NCBI RefSeq assembly: GCF_009914755.1
Contig: NC_060929.1
Length of the DNA stretch: 64,000 bases
From: the human T2T-CHM13v2.0 reference genome, Homo sapiens
Direction: 5' to 3' (one strand)
Under the pieces are notes generated by a model. The model was not told the origin of the DNA. It ran no database searches and saw only the letters and a program-made list of their open reading frames with translations. Numbering within the stretch: the first letter of the stretch is position 1; every line of letters begins with the position of its first letter. Below are positions 26,484 through 41,065 of this stretch, piece after piece. The position numbers and the translations under genes were made by a program.

Positions 26484-27633
26484 GATCTGAAGGTATTCAT
26501 AGTGTTTAGGGTAAACTTCTATGGTTAAAGAGATTAAATTTCTAAAAGATGTTAAATTTCACTTGAAACAAAGAATGATTAAATAGTTTTATGAAATCTG
26601 CCAGTTTACAATACTATCATGGATACAGTAAGTACTATCAGGTTTTGGGTCTCCACTTAACTCTTAAAATGCTAAATTTTAGATGATATTAGTGGTTGGA
26701 AAATCACTGACATTTTAATGTTTTAAAAATCATTAGACTATTATTTTATTTGGAAATGATTTGACTCACACAGGCCAAGTTTTTTTTAATCAAAATTGTC
26801 TTCTAAAATAGCTAAGTTTAGATATCCAAGGTCACTTTTCACTTATTGCTGGATATAGAAAATTATTTATCCCTTTCTTGCTATTGTTGAAAGAAATGTC
26901 GAAATTTAAGAACATGATAGATGAGTATCTACGTGGATGTAACTGGAATTGGTTAGCAACAAGCTTTACTGAAAGGCTTCAAATGGCCCTTCACTCATTA
27001 CTTTCTAGCTCTAAAAGGAAGGTATTCTCTTGTTATCTGGGAAAAATAGAACCAGAGATCTACAGCCTAAGGTGATCAAATTGCCCTAAGTCTAAGTGGT
27101 TGTGCTTCTCTCCTTCCTTTTTCCATTAATTTGCCCTTTCTTCAATATAATCTATTACTCTCTCTTCCTTGCTTTGTGAGTATATTTAAAGATGCTTATT
27201 TAGAGACCAAAAATATTAACTATTAGTTTGGGTAGAGTCATTGGCATTAATAGAAATATGCCATCACACAATTTTATTTCATTTTATTAATCATTTGTTT
27301 TATAGAAACATTCATTTTAAATGAACTAGTTATATCAAAAGATCTCCAAAAAGGTCCTTTGAAATAATAAGTCTATGTGAGCCATATTTTAGACAATGCC
27401 ACTTGTATAATCAGTTGGATTATAAGCGTTACAGAAGCAAAATTATCTTTATATTCATTTGAATCCATTCTTAAATTTCAAATTAATATGGCATAAAAAT
27501 TTTGTACATGTAGAATAAACTTAATCTCTATTCATGTATTTGGTTTTAGCAAATGTAAAAGAGTGCATATGTGTGAATTATTTGTGTATTCTATAGAATA
27601 AATTCAAATGTGTGTTATAAAAATATCCAGACA

Positions 27634-27999
<366 letters not shown>

Positions 28000-28024
28000 C
28001 TCCAGCCAACATAATTAAAAATCG

Positions 28025-28200
28025 ATAACATTTACTGAGCCCTTACTTTCTACCAGGCAAAAACAAGTAGAACAGAAAAATACATTATTCTCCCTTAGAA
28101 TCGAGACTTAGGGAATGAAAGCAACTTGCTGTTCTTGCTGCTAGCAGATTTTAAAGCAGGGGTTTCAATCAAAACATGTTTTACTTCAAAGTCTATCATA
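28025..28200 (-). mobile_element. MIR remnant
   Basis: 'aacatttactgagcccttactttctaccaggca...acttcaaagtct'. Confidence 0.55.
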
Positions 28201-28212
28201 TTAACAGTACAT

Positions 28213-28514
<302 letters not shown>

Positions 28515-29881
28515 CCAGTACATTATATAGTTTTTCAAAAACATGTAGGAAATCTAGGAACTAATAATTTTATTATTTTAACATCGTTTAATAAAAGTAA
28601 CTCAGAAAAACACTCTAGCTATGTATACATATCTGCCACAATAGTAATAACATAATCAGCAAAAATAGATTAGTGCTGTGTAATTTTACAAAGAACACAG
28701 GTCATTGTGATGACAAATTGGCCCAGAACTACTCTCCTAATGTTTGCAACTGGAAACCCAAACCACAGTTCATATGTTTATTCGCACTTCAGACAATTGT
28801 GCACTGGAGAAACACACCATACACACACAAACACATGTATATATCTATGCGTATAGTTGTTGTTTTGCTTTATTAAGAAGAAAATGAGAGCTTGCCAGTT
28901 CAGTCTTAAGATACTAGGATGCAAGCTCTCCTCTAATTTTATGGTTGAATCCCAGATTACTGTTTTTGAAAGACAATGTTTATAGAACTGTTTACTAATC
29001 TTCTGACTTTCCAAATGTGGATAATCTTGATGGAATTTTTATGACATCTGGCTACTTTAATTTCCTCTTTCCTTTCTGTTTTTCCTAGAGTTACCCATCA
29101 TTATATATGAAATTTCAGAATCAGCTTTTCTGAGCCAAGTGACCAGTTCCTGCTATTTCTCTTTTCAGATAAATTATTTTCTACTTTGAAGAATACATGT
29201 TTTTCCTTGATTCTTCATCCCACCCTTCCCCAGTTGTGTGCTTAGAACACTTATGTTACAGATGCAGAGGTCTGCCAAGAAACCTCTAATTGAGATCAGA
29301 AATGGTTTATTCACTAGAATCAAGGAAACAAAAATGGTAGCTTTTTCTATGAAGTTCTTATAATAGCTCATTGAAATGTGGTACAAAATAACACACATAT
29401 AAATAAATATATGTGCTAGTTAAATTTGTTAATTTGTTTTAGGATTTAATTAATTCCAGTAGGCGTTAGATGTGCAGACTTGTTCTTTCTGTTGATTTTA
29501 CAGAAGGATGTTTTTATTGAGCTGATCCTTAATCGAATTCTTTTACTCATTCAAACACCCATTAAACTATTTATTTACTTCTACCCTACTGTACATTCTG
29601 AGTTTGATACTATGTTGAGATAGAAAGTTGCATATAATATTCCCTGTCTTTCAGCACTTGTTAGTCTCATGCAGGAGACAGAAAAATAAGAGTAAAGGAC
29701 AATGCATCGCCAATTAGAGTTATGTTTCAAGAGTGAACAGGATAATTTTGGAGAAATCATAGGATGAAGGATCATTTCTTTTGTAACTTGAAACAGAAGA
29801 AAATTTCTTAAACTTCTGAATTCAGAATGAAGAATTAATTTTAAAAAGGGGGAAAGAAAATTAATAAACTTTAATCTGTGC

Positions 29882-30632
29882 ATCATAATCTAAGTGAAAT
29901 AAGCCAGGCACAGAAAGACAAACATTGCATGTTCTCACTTATTTGTGGGATCTAAAAACCAAAAGAATTGAACTCGTGGACATAAAGAGTAGAAGGATAG
30001 TTACCAGAGGTTTTGCATTTTAAAAATGTGCTTTAAGTGTTTTATGTTATTAAAATATACTACTAAATGTGTGTAATCACATTATGTATAAATGTGCCAT
30101 TATGAAGTTGCATTATTTTTGTTTGTAAAGCAAGACATTATACAGATTAATTTCGCTAGTGTTTCATGTCTCTAAACATAGGTTTATATTAGGATTTTAT
30201 TTAATTATTTATTTATTTTGAGATGAGGTCTCACTCTGTTGCCCAGGTTGAAGTGCAGTGGCACGATCTCGGCTCACTGCAACCTCTGCCTACCCAGTAG
30301 CTGGGACTACAGGTGTGAGACACCATGACCGGCTAATTTTCATATTTTAATAGAGACAGGGTTTCACCATGTTAGCCAGTCTGGTCTCACACTCCTGACC
30401 TCAGGTGATCTGCCCGCTTCGGTCTCCCAAAATGCTGGGATTATAGGTGTGAGTCACTGCACCCGGCTTAATAAGGCTTTTAATATCTTTAAGTAGCAGC
30501 CATTTTTTATATCAGAATAAAAATAAATATAAATATATTTATATTTGCAGGTTGCAGGGGGCGAAAGTTGGGGGTTGGGGTCAGGGCTGGATGAGAGGTG
30601 GGATGGTTAATAGGTACAAAACAAAATAGTTA
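29882..30632 (+). mobile_element. L1MA 3' fragment split by the duplicated segment (parts ~29882-30010 and ~30550-30632)
   Basis: 'aagtgaaataagccaggcacagaaagacaaac...ggatagttaccagagg' resumes as G-rich tract plus 'gggatggttaataggtacaaaacaaaatagttag'. Confidence 0.85.
30012..30540 (-). repeat. Left arm of 529-bp inverted repeat; contains antisense Alu at ~30197-30468
   Basis: Hand alignment to the reverse complement of 31839-32367: no gaps, 4 mismatches. Confidence 0.98.
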
Positions 30633-31838
30633 GGGGCTGAACTTCTTAACATATAAAGAACATGAGAATAAATAAATGCCAAAAAAAGGTAGAAAATGGA
30701 AAACAGCTTATGACCTATTGAACAATGTGTTCATGGATGAAGAAATGAAATGTTTCTTAGTATAAAGTGAATCACAATAGATTAAATTTCCTACTTATTG
30801 GATTAACAAAACTTAAAGTTCAATATTACCACTCCTTGTGAAGTTACAGGACATAGGGCTCTCTCATATACTGCTGATGCAAATTATAAATTAAACAATA
30901 CATATGAAAGAAAGGACATATTATAATATTTATCCTTTGACAATCCCAGTACAGAGAATCTATTAAAAAATACAACAGCAACATTTGAAACAATGCATGA
31001 CCATTATATTATTTATAGAAATTGCAAGAGTAAAACTAATCCAATATTCATTGTTATAGATCCCACTGAACTATAACGTATTTACTGAATGGGATATTAT
31101 GCCATAAAATGTAAAAAAAAATTGTATTATATAATAAAATGATTTTCAGGATTTACTTTTAATATCAGAAGATATTTTGGAATTCTACCATTAGTACAAA
31201 ACTTTGCTTTTTATGTGAACTTTGGAGTATTTATATATACATGTACATACAAATGCATACATAAGCCCCCTTGCTTATTTTTGTAACAGGAAAACACATA
31301 CAAGAAAGAAAAAAAAAGGTGACAGTAATAGAAAACACATGGAAATGACAGACATGAAAGTGTGATTTTCTAAACTGATTTGAAGACATATTTTCAAAAT
31401 ACACATTTGAAGGGTAAAATTAATTTTAAAAAGGCAAAAACTGGAATTTAAAAACAAGCCAAAACAAATAAACCTAATTTTTTTCAAGTTGGTGACATAT
31501 CTCAACTTAAAAAAATCATTTCAAATGGTTTTAAAGCACAATATTTAGCATACACATCAGTATTTAGAATATATTCTACAGGAAAAAAAATAAACTGCAA
31601 AGAAATCTTAAACTCAATTTAGTAGTGTAAATGTTAACTAATGTTGGTATTAGTATTTGAAAATAAACTTAAATAATATGCATAATTTGTATAATTTAGC
31701 ATATGGAAATGTTCAAGTTGTAATATTAGTTAAAATACACAATACTTTAACATCAAATAATCTCAACATTTAATTACATTATTGATGGCTTATATTTTCA
31801 GAATTTACCTCCACATTTGACAGTCACTGAAAAGTATA

Positions 31839-32367
31839 AAATATATTTATATTTATTTTTATTCTGATATAAAAAATGGCTGCTACTTTAAGATATTAAA
31901 AGCCTTATTAAGCCGGGTGCAGTGACTCACACCTATAATCCCAGCATTTTGGGAGACCGAAGCGGGCAGATCACCTGAGGTCAGGAGTGTGAGACCAGAC
32001 TGGCTAACATGGTGAAACTCTGTCTCTATTAAAATATGAAAATTAGCCGGTCATGGTGTCTCACACCTGTAGTCCCAGCTACTGGGTAGGCAGAAGTTGC
32101 AGTGAGCCGAGATCGTGCCACTGCACTTCAACCTGGGCAACAGAGTGAGACCTCATCTCAAAATAAATAAATAATTAAATAAAATCCTAATATAAACCTA
32201 TGTTTAGAGACATGAAACACTAGCGAAATTAATCTGTATAATGTCTTGCTTTACAAACAAAAATAATGCAACTTCATAATGGCACATTTATACATAATGT
32301 GATTACACACCTTTAGTAGTATATTTTAATAACATAAAACACTTAAAGCACATTTTTAAAATGCAAA
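31839..32367 (+). repeat. Right arm of 529-bp inverted repeat
   Basis: Reverse complement of 30012-30540. Confidence 0.98.
31911..32183 (+). mobile_element. AluS with right-arm internal deletion
   Basis: 'cccagctactgggtaggcagaagttgcagtg' lacks the 'gaggctgaggcaggagaatcgcttgaacc' block; degraded TSD taaaagccttat / taaaatcctaat. Confidence 0.95.
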
Positions 32368-33559
32368 CAATTTTGAATTATAAAACTTAAAGAGAGTGTG
32401 CATGTGTATATAAAGTGGTATATAATTACACTGTATTAGACAACACAAAGTGTTTTTGGTGTGTATGCTTTTATGCAGAGAGAGGGTCATTTTATTTTAG
32501 TCTCCTAATGAAAATTTTGATTTTTCCAGAGCTGGATACTCTGACAGTTTGCTCTTGTTATATGTGTTCTTTCTCTTTGCTCCAATGTCCTGAATCTCCT
32601 CTGTGCTCATGTACTTCTCATTGCTTTGACACATACTTCCCTAGGGAGTCTTGGGAGAAGGGTAAATGCTTTTAGTGATATATGATATTGTAAATTTCAA
32701 TGACTTGACTATTGATCATGTGGTCTGACATAGTCTAAACAATGGCATAGAGAAATCACCTAAGACTCACCTTTTCTAAGAATTACTTTCCCTATCAAAT
32801 GTGATTCGTCTTTCTTTTTAGTTTTCTTCAAATCGATTGTACAAAATAATTCAATATTTATTATTCATATGCGGAGTAATTTGGTATTGTAGTTCTGATA
32901 AATTGTTAATTGTATACACATTTCCAAATTTTTTTTTAAGTCATATACAGTATGTTTAATAGATCAATAGATAGATGATCATTATTAATATACATATAAG
33001 CAAAATAATTAAGATTTTAAGCAAGAGCAAAGAATAGACACAACACTTATCGGGGGTTCAAACTTGTTTTTGATTAAAAAAAGAAAGCACTTAAACATTT
33101 ATTTTATTAGCCCCAAATTTAAAATTATGACTCTGAGAACAGTACTTGAGTATTTGACAAGAAAAAGACTTGCTAAGTCTCCAGAACTAGATACTAGAAC
33201 AAGCACTAGAACTATCTAAAGTTCTAGTATCAGTTCTGACATTTTCAGGATGATCAAAAGCAAGAAACTGAAAATAGCTTTGCCTTATTTGGTGTATTTT
33301 TGCAGATAAGATATATTTAAAGCCATTTCAAGTCCTAAAATGTTGTGTTTCTCAAACTGAAGTACAAAATACGTATGATTTCTTACAACTAAAAATAAAT
33401 TGTAAATCGTGTTCATTGAAAAAGACTTAATAGAATGAAGTAAAATTTGAACAGAGACCTAAAGTAACTTAATTGTTGCTGCAAAACTCCATGCCCAGGT
33501 GGAGGTAATTTGGGGTTGGTTTGTTACAATTGATCAATTATACCTGCTGTTTTTCCTTC

Positions 33560-33800
33560 CCCTTCACTTTATAGCAAAACTCCCCCAAATAGTTGTTTTG
33601 GCCTCATCTCCAGCTCATCACCTCCTACACCCTCAGTTATATTCAATTATGTTTTTAGCCTCCTTTTTCCCTTAAGTCCATTCTAATCAAAGTCACTAAA
33701 TGACAACCAAATTGTTAATTCCTGGAGTCAGTTCCTAGCTTTCACCTCAGCAGCATTCCCCACACTTTAGTCTTCACTCCTTTGAATGCTTTCTCCACTC
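33560..33800 (+). mobile_element. L2 fragment
   Basis: 'caaagtcactaaatgac...acctcagcagcatt' resembles L2 ORF2 sequence. Confidence 0.5.
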
Positions 33801-33816
33801 CTCTTCTAGAAAACTC

Positions 33817-35021
<1,205 letters not shown>

Positions 35022-36629
35022 TGATGAAATACAAACATTTGAAAACCTTTAAAATTTTCCTTTTCAAGTTCTATTAAGGTAAAACCTGCACATATTTTGA
35101 AAATACCATTGAGCAGGTATTTTAAAACTTAGAATTTTAAAAAGTCTTCTGGCCTAGTCCTCAGTTCTGTTTTATAGAAGTCATTGCCTTTTACAGATTT
35201 GTACATTTCTTCTGGTATCCACGCTAAATAGCAAGTATCATCTCATTTCTAGATCACTTGATTTTAGAATTAAGCAATTTATTTTTTATTAATTAGATGC
35301 AGATTTAGCTGCCTTAAACTACTGCCATCTTATTCCTACTAACAACATCTTAAGCATTTATAAAATACATTTAATCAAGCATGTATGTTCTCAAATGAGA
35401 TAACTTTTCAACATGATTTTCTATGTTGGCAATAGTTTTAAAGCCGTATGTATCTTACATCAGTTACAGTAAACTTAAAATGCAATAAAAACTTCTATTT
35501 CATAAGATTCTCAAAGATTTTTGAGGGTGTTTTTTACTAATCATCTAGCTTAACTGTAACATTTCTCTTTTAAAGCAACTGGCCAGATGAAATTTCTTTT
35601 AAAACTTTCAGCTAGAGGAAAGCTTCAGGCAAAATAATTTTACTGACATAAAACACTGACAGGGCACAGATTCATATGTAGACTTACAATCTTCTTGCAG
35701 ACTCATTGTAACCAAAAAGAGATTTTTAATCCCCAAATCTTTGTGTGTTCCTCCATTGCAATTTAAATCTGTCTTAGTAAATTCTAAAAATTATATTTTA
35801 GCTTTGCATAATTCATTACTGACAAGAATATATTTTGGCATATTTTAAAGCCTGCTCCTGATAGGGAGAAAGGTTTGAAGTTTTCATGACACTAAATTTG
35901 AATATAACTTGGGTCAAAATGTTTTTCACTAAAGCAGTACACATTTGATTCAGTATTAGATTAATGTCTTTTATGATGGAGAGTCACTGACTTTGATAGA
36001 GATCAGTCAAATTGAATAAAAGTGATTACCCAAAGGAGACATGGAAAATGAATGTGGATAGTGAAAATAAAACACATTGAAATGTGTGAGATTCTGCAAA
36101 ATCAATGTTTAGAGAGAAATTTGTGGCTTTGAATGCTTACATTAGGAATAAAGAAAAGGTTAAAGTCATTTATCTAAGTTTAAACATTAAGAAGCTAAAC
36201 AGATTCCTTCCTGGAGAGTCCAAGGACATCTCTTTTTATCTCTCATTAAGCAGAAATTAGTCACCTGTTCATACCTAGCTGCAAGGAAGTCTAGGGGAAA
36301 AAAAAAAATTTCTAGTTAGATGTATTTCTAACCTAAATCCAGTTGAGATATCTTGTGAATGAGAAGGGAAGTATGGATACTGTCTGGCAACTCAGTCTCT
36401 GCCAAACAACTAAAAATAGAGATCAAAACTAAGGGTCACCCTGGCAGTACCTGATGAAGCTGAAGTGACCCTTTCTGCATACATCTATATTTTCTTAAGT
36501 AGAACTAATATTAAAATCGAAACTATCAACATTCTTGAAGGGATGATTTAGGTGAATCTACAACCCACATAATAGGTCAAGAAAGGCAAGAAAAAACATC
36601 CTATTATCTATTTTGTATAGGTTAAAATT

Positions 36630-36900
36630 ATTTATTTCACGAATATTTATGGAATACTCATCATATGGCAAATTCTAGTCTATATATTAAAAATATGAAG
36701 ATAAGTCAGACAAGGTTTCTACTTACATGGAACTTACGGGCTGGTGAGGGTATAAACTAAAAATAAATAAATAATCCACTTTAAGTATCCAGATGAAAAT
36801 AAAATAGAGTGGGATAGTGTAGTAAGTGGGGCTGCTTCAAAATGGATGTTAAGGACAATCTCTCTGAGGAGGTGGCATTTGAGCTGATAATTAAATTAAT
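36630..36900 (-). mobile_element. L2 3' end
   Basis: 'atatttatggaatactcatcatatggca...acttacatggaacttac...tctctgaggaggtggcatttgagctga'. Confidence 0.7.
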
Positions 36901-37133
36901 GAAGTTGATTTTGTAACTTAATTCTTTAGAAATACTAAAATCTTTATTTTATGCAGTATGAACTGACTATCCATATATAAGTTACAATTTTTTGCTGCCT
37001 TATAACTAAAATTCATCAATTGTATCCTCAATTGTAGTTAAATCATTTAAATGATTTCCTCTCCCTGTGTTTGTTTTCCTCTCTTAAAAAGGGATAATTC
37101 CCCCAGCCCAGTAAAACCAGTCACGTTAAAAGA

Positions 37134-39538
37134 ATTTTTTATTGTTGTAAAAACCATATAAGATTAAATTTATCATATCAAATATTTTATGTGTACACTT
37201 CAGTAGTGTTAAATATATTCACATTTCCTTGCAACAGAACTCAAGAATTTTTTCTCTCTCAATACTAAAACTCTATACTCATTAAATGCTAATTTTCCCT
37301 CCCCACTCCCCCCAGCTCTTGGCAACTACTTTCTTTCTGTTTTAAAAATTTGATTTCTTTATATGCATAGATTTATGCAATATTTCTTCTTTTTTGACTG
37401 GTTAATTTCACTTAGCATAATGTCTTTGAGATTCATCCATGTTGTAGTATGTGACACCATTTCCTTCTTTTTTAAGCCTGCAAAATATTATTTTGTGTGT
37501 GTGTTTATATATATATATATGCACACACACACCCCCTACATTTTCTTTACTGATTTGTTGGTGGAAATTTGTGTTGCTTTAACATCTTAGCTACTGTAGA
37601 TTATGCTGCAATAAACATGGTGTGCAAATACCTCTTCAAGATACTACTTTCAGTTCTTTTGGATATGTACACAGAAATGAGACTGCTGAATCACACTGTC
37701 ATTTTATTTTTTATTTTTTGAGGAAACTCCAGATTGTTATTCATAATGGCTGTGCCATTTTACATTCCCGTAAATAGCGCCAAAGTGTTTCAATTTCTTT
37801 CTTCCTTGTTAACACTTGATATTTTCTCTTCTTTTGATAGTGACCACCCTAATATACATGAAATAATAGCTCACAGTTGTTTCTCTTATGATTGGTGATG
37901 TTAGGATCTTTTTATATGCTTGTTGGCCATTTGAATATTTTATTTAAAGAAATGTGTATTCAAATCCCTTGCCCATTTTTTAATTGGGTTATTTGTTATT
38001 TTGTTGTTGCTGAGTTGTAGAAGTTGCTTAGATATTCTGAATATTAACTCCTTTTTATATATTATTTGAAAATATTTTCTCTTCTCATTTAGGTTGTTTT
38101 TTCAATGTTTATTGTTTCCTTTGATATGCAAATGATTATGTATTTGATAAAGTTCCTTTTTTCTATTTTGACTTTTGTTAACTGTCCATTTAGTATCATA
38201 TCCAAGAATACATTGACAAATCCAATTCTCTGAAGCTTTCTCCCTCTGTTTGTTTCTAGGAGTTTCATAATTTTAGGTCTTACATTTATATATTTAATAT
38301 ATTTTGAGTTAACATTGTAGTTGATGCAAACAAAATAAGGGCCTAACTTCATTCTTTTACATGTAGATATTCAGTTTTCTCAATACCATTTATTGGAGAG
38401 GCTCTCCTTTTTCTGCTGTGCAGTCTCAGCACCCTTGTCTATATATTATTTGTGCAAGCATTTATTTCTAGGCTTTCTATCATGTTCCATTGGACTATAT
38501 AATCTGCCTTTTTGCCAGTACTACATAGTCTTGATTACTGTTTCTTTGTAGTGTGTTTTCAAACCAGGAAGGGTAAAGTCTCCAATTTTATCCTTTTTCA
38601 AATTTTTTTAAAGATGCTATATGAATTTTAACTTTTGAAAAAAATGGCTTTGATGTTTTAATAAAAGTTGCATTGAATTTTAAGATCACTTTGGGTAATA
38701 TAGGTATTTTAACACTATGAAGTCTTCCAACCCATAAACATGAGATGTTTTTCCCTTTATTTGTATCATCTTTGATTCATTTTAACAATGATTTGGAGTT
38801 TTCAGTGTATAAGTCTCACTTTTTTAGTTTATTTCTAAGTATCACTCTTTTTGATGCTGTTGTAGATGGTTTCCTTACTTATCTTTTTGGGTTGGTTAGT
38901 CTTAGTGTATAGAAATGCAACTGATAATTGCATGTTGATATTATGTCCAAGAATTTTGCTGAAATTAATGATTGGATTTTATGATTTTTTTAAATGGGAT
39001 CCTTGTGGTTTCTACATATAGGATCATATCATCTTCAAACAGAGCTAATGTTACTTCTCACTTTCCAAATTGAATGTCTTTTAATTCTTTTCCTTTACCA
39101 TTGCTCTGGCTGGGACATTCAGTAGCATGTTGAATAGAAGTGGCAAGCGTGGACATCCTCACCTTGCTCCTCATAATAAAGCATTAGTTTTCACCATTGA
39201 GTATGATTATAGCTATAGGTGTTTCATATATGGTCTTTATTATGTTAAAGAAGTTTCCATTTGTAGTTTTTTGAGAGCTTTTTGTCATGAAAGGGTAAAG
39301 CTTTTAGTCTTTCATAATTAAGTATGATGTCACCTGTGAGCTTTTCATATACAGCTTTATTTTTTGAAACTGTTTCTTCTTTTCCTAGTTTATTGAACAT
39401 TTTTATCGTAAATACCATCAAATGCTTTTTTCTGCATCAATTGAGATGGCCATATGGTTGTTGTCCATCACTCTGTTAACACAGTGTATTGCACTGATTG
39501 ACTTTCATATGTTGAATCATCCTTGCATTTCAGGTTTA
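37134..39538 (-). mobile_element. L1MB 3' UTR and ORF2 remnant
   Basis: Continuous antisense L1 similarity; ORF 38089-38352 (KYINVRPKIMKLLETNRG) is a degraded ORF2 frame. Confidence 0.9.
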
Positions 39539-39692
39539 AGTAAATAACTTGATAACATATTTTGTCAAGAGAACCTCTTTCCACTGTATTGTGATTTTCT
39601 TAATTACAACTATATCTAAGTCCTAGTTTACATCCTATTTTTAATGAAACAGCTGATGTCTGTCCTTGACTAGATTCTAATGACTAAGAAAA

Positions 39693-39731
<39 letters not shown>
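39693..39731. repeat. (TG)n microsatellite
   Basis: Read directly. Confidence 0.95.
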
Positions 39732-39734
<3 letters not shown>

Positions 39735-39957
39735 AGTTTATGCAATGAATGAGAAGTACAAGGTAGTAGAAGGTAGTGGTTGAAAATGTGAGTTCCCAAG
39801 TCATACTTTATGGGTTTGTGCTGCAGTTATCTCAACTGTAAAATTGAAGCATCAATAGTAGAAATTTTACATAGCCAAAATAAGAATATAATGTGTTTGA
39901 ATTTGAAATTAAATTTTGCTTGAAAAATTGCATTGCTAAAGTTGGTATTGATTTTTT

Positions 39958-41065
39958 AAATTATCATTTTTATTTTAGAATAGTTTTAGATTTTCAGCAT
40001 AATTATGATGCTGGTACAGAGAATACCATTATATCCCACACTATTTTCCCTATTATTAGAATCTTATATTGTAATTGTACATCTCCCAGAATTGAATGAA
40101 CTAAATGAAAAGATATTGATATGTTCATTAACTAAGTTCCAGCTTTATTTAAACTCCTTAGTTTTATCCAATATTCTCATTCTGTTCCAAAATATCATAC
40201 AGGTTGTTACTTTGCATTTAATTATTATATCTCCTTAGATAGTTTCTCAGACTTTCTTGGATTTAATTACCTTGACAGTTTTGAGGAATACCAGTCAGAA
40301 AGTTTTTAGAATGTCCCTCAATTTGGAATTATCTGCTGATTTTTGTTATTCATGATTAGATTGTGGTTATGGATTTTTAGGAGGAAGGCTACAGAGTTAG
40401 AGTGACATTTTCTTCACAACATATCAAAGGGATATACCGTCACGATGACTTTCACTTTTGAAATTAACCTTAATCACCTATCTGGGTCATATTTGTCAGA
40501 TTTCTCTGTAATAAAGTTATTATTTTATTCCTCTTTTCCTACATTGTACTTTTTGGAAAAAGTCATTCTGTATAACAGCCTACATGTAAAAAATGAATAG
40601 TGGTATGCCACCTCTTCACAGGTTAGATGGTGTACATAAATTATTTTCAATTATTGTGCATAAGGCATTTGTATCTTGTTCCTATATATTTATCATTCAA
40701 GCCTGTGTTTATGTCAATATGGACTTTAGGATATTGATACTTTGGGTTATAATCTAAAACCATTTTGGTGCTCAAATTGTTTCAGCTTTGGCCATTGGAA
40801 GCTCTTTCAGTTGGCTTTCAGTTGTGCCCCTTTCAGATATGTCCATCAATATGACTTGTTTTATTTTGCTTGTTTTATGGTACTTTCTTATTTTTTGGCA
40901 TTATGAAGTACTCCAAGCCTCTCTTGTATATTTCCTGCTCTAGTCCTTGAATCAACCCTTTATTCAAATAAATTCTAGTTTCTTTTATTAGAGAATGGTA
41001 TTAGAAACCAATATTTTGGCACTAGGAATGATTGTTGCTATTAGAATTGTGTTGCTTTCTAGCTA
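39958..41065 (-). mobile_element. L1MC 3' UTR
   Basis: Antisense homologue of 20560-21550, e.g. 'caaattgtttcagctttggccattggaagctctttcagttggct'. Confidence 0.8.
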
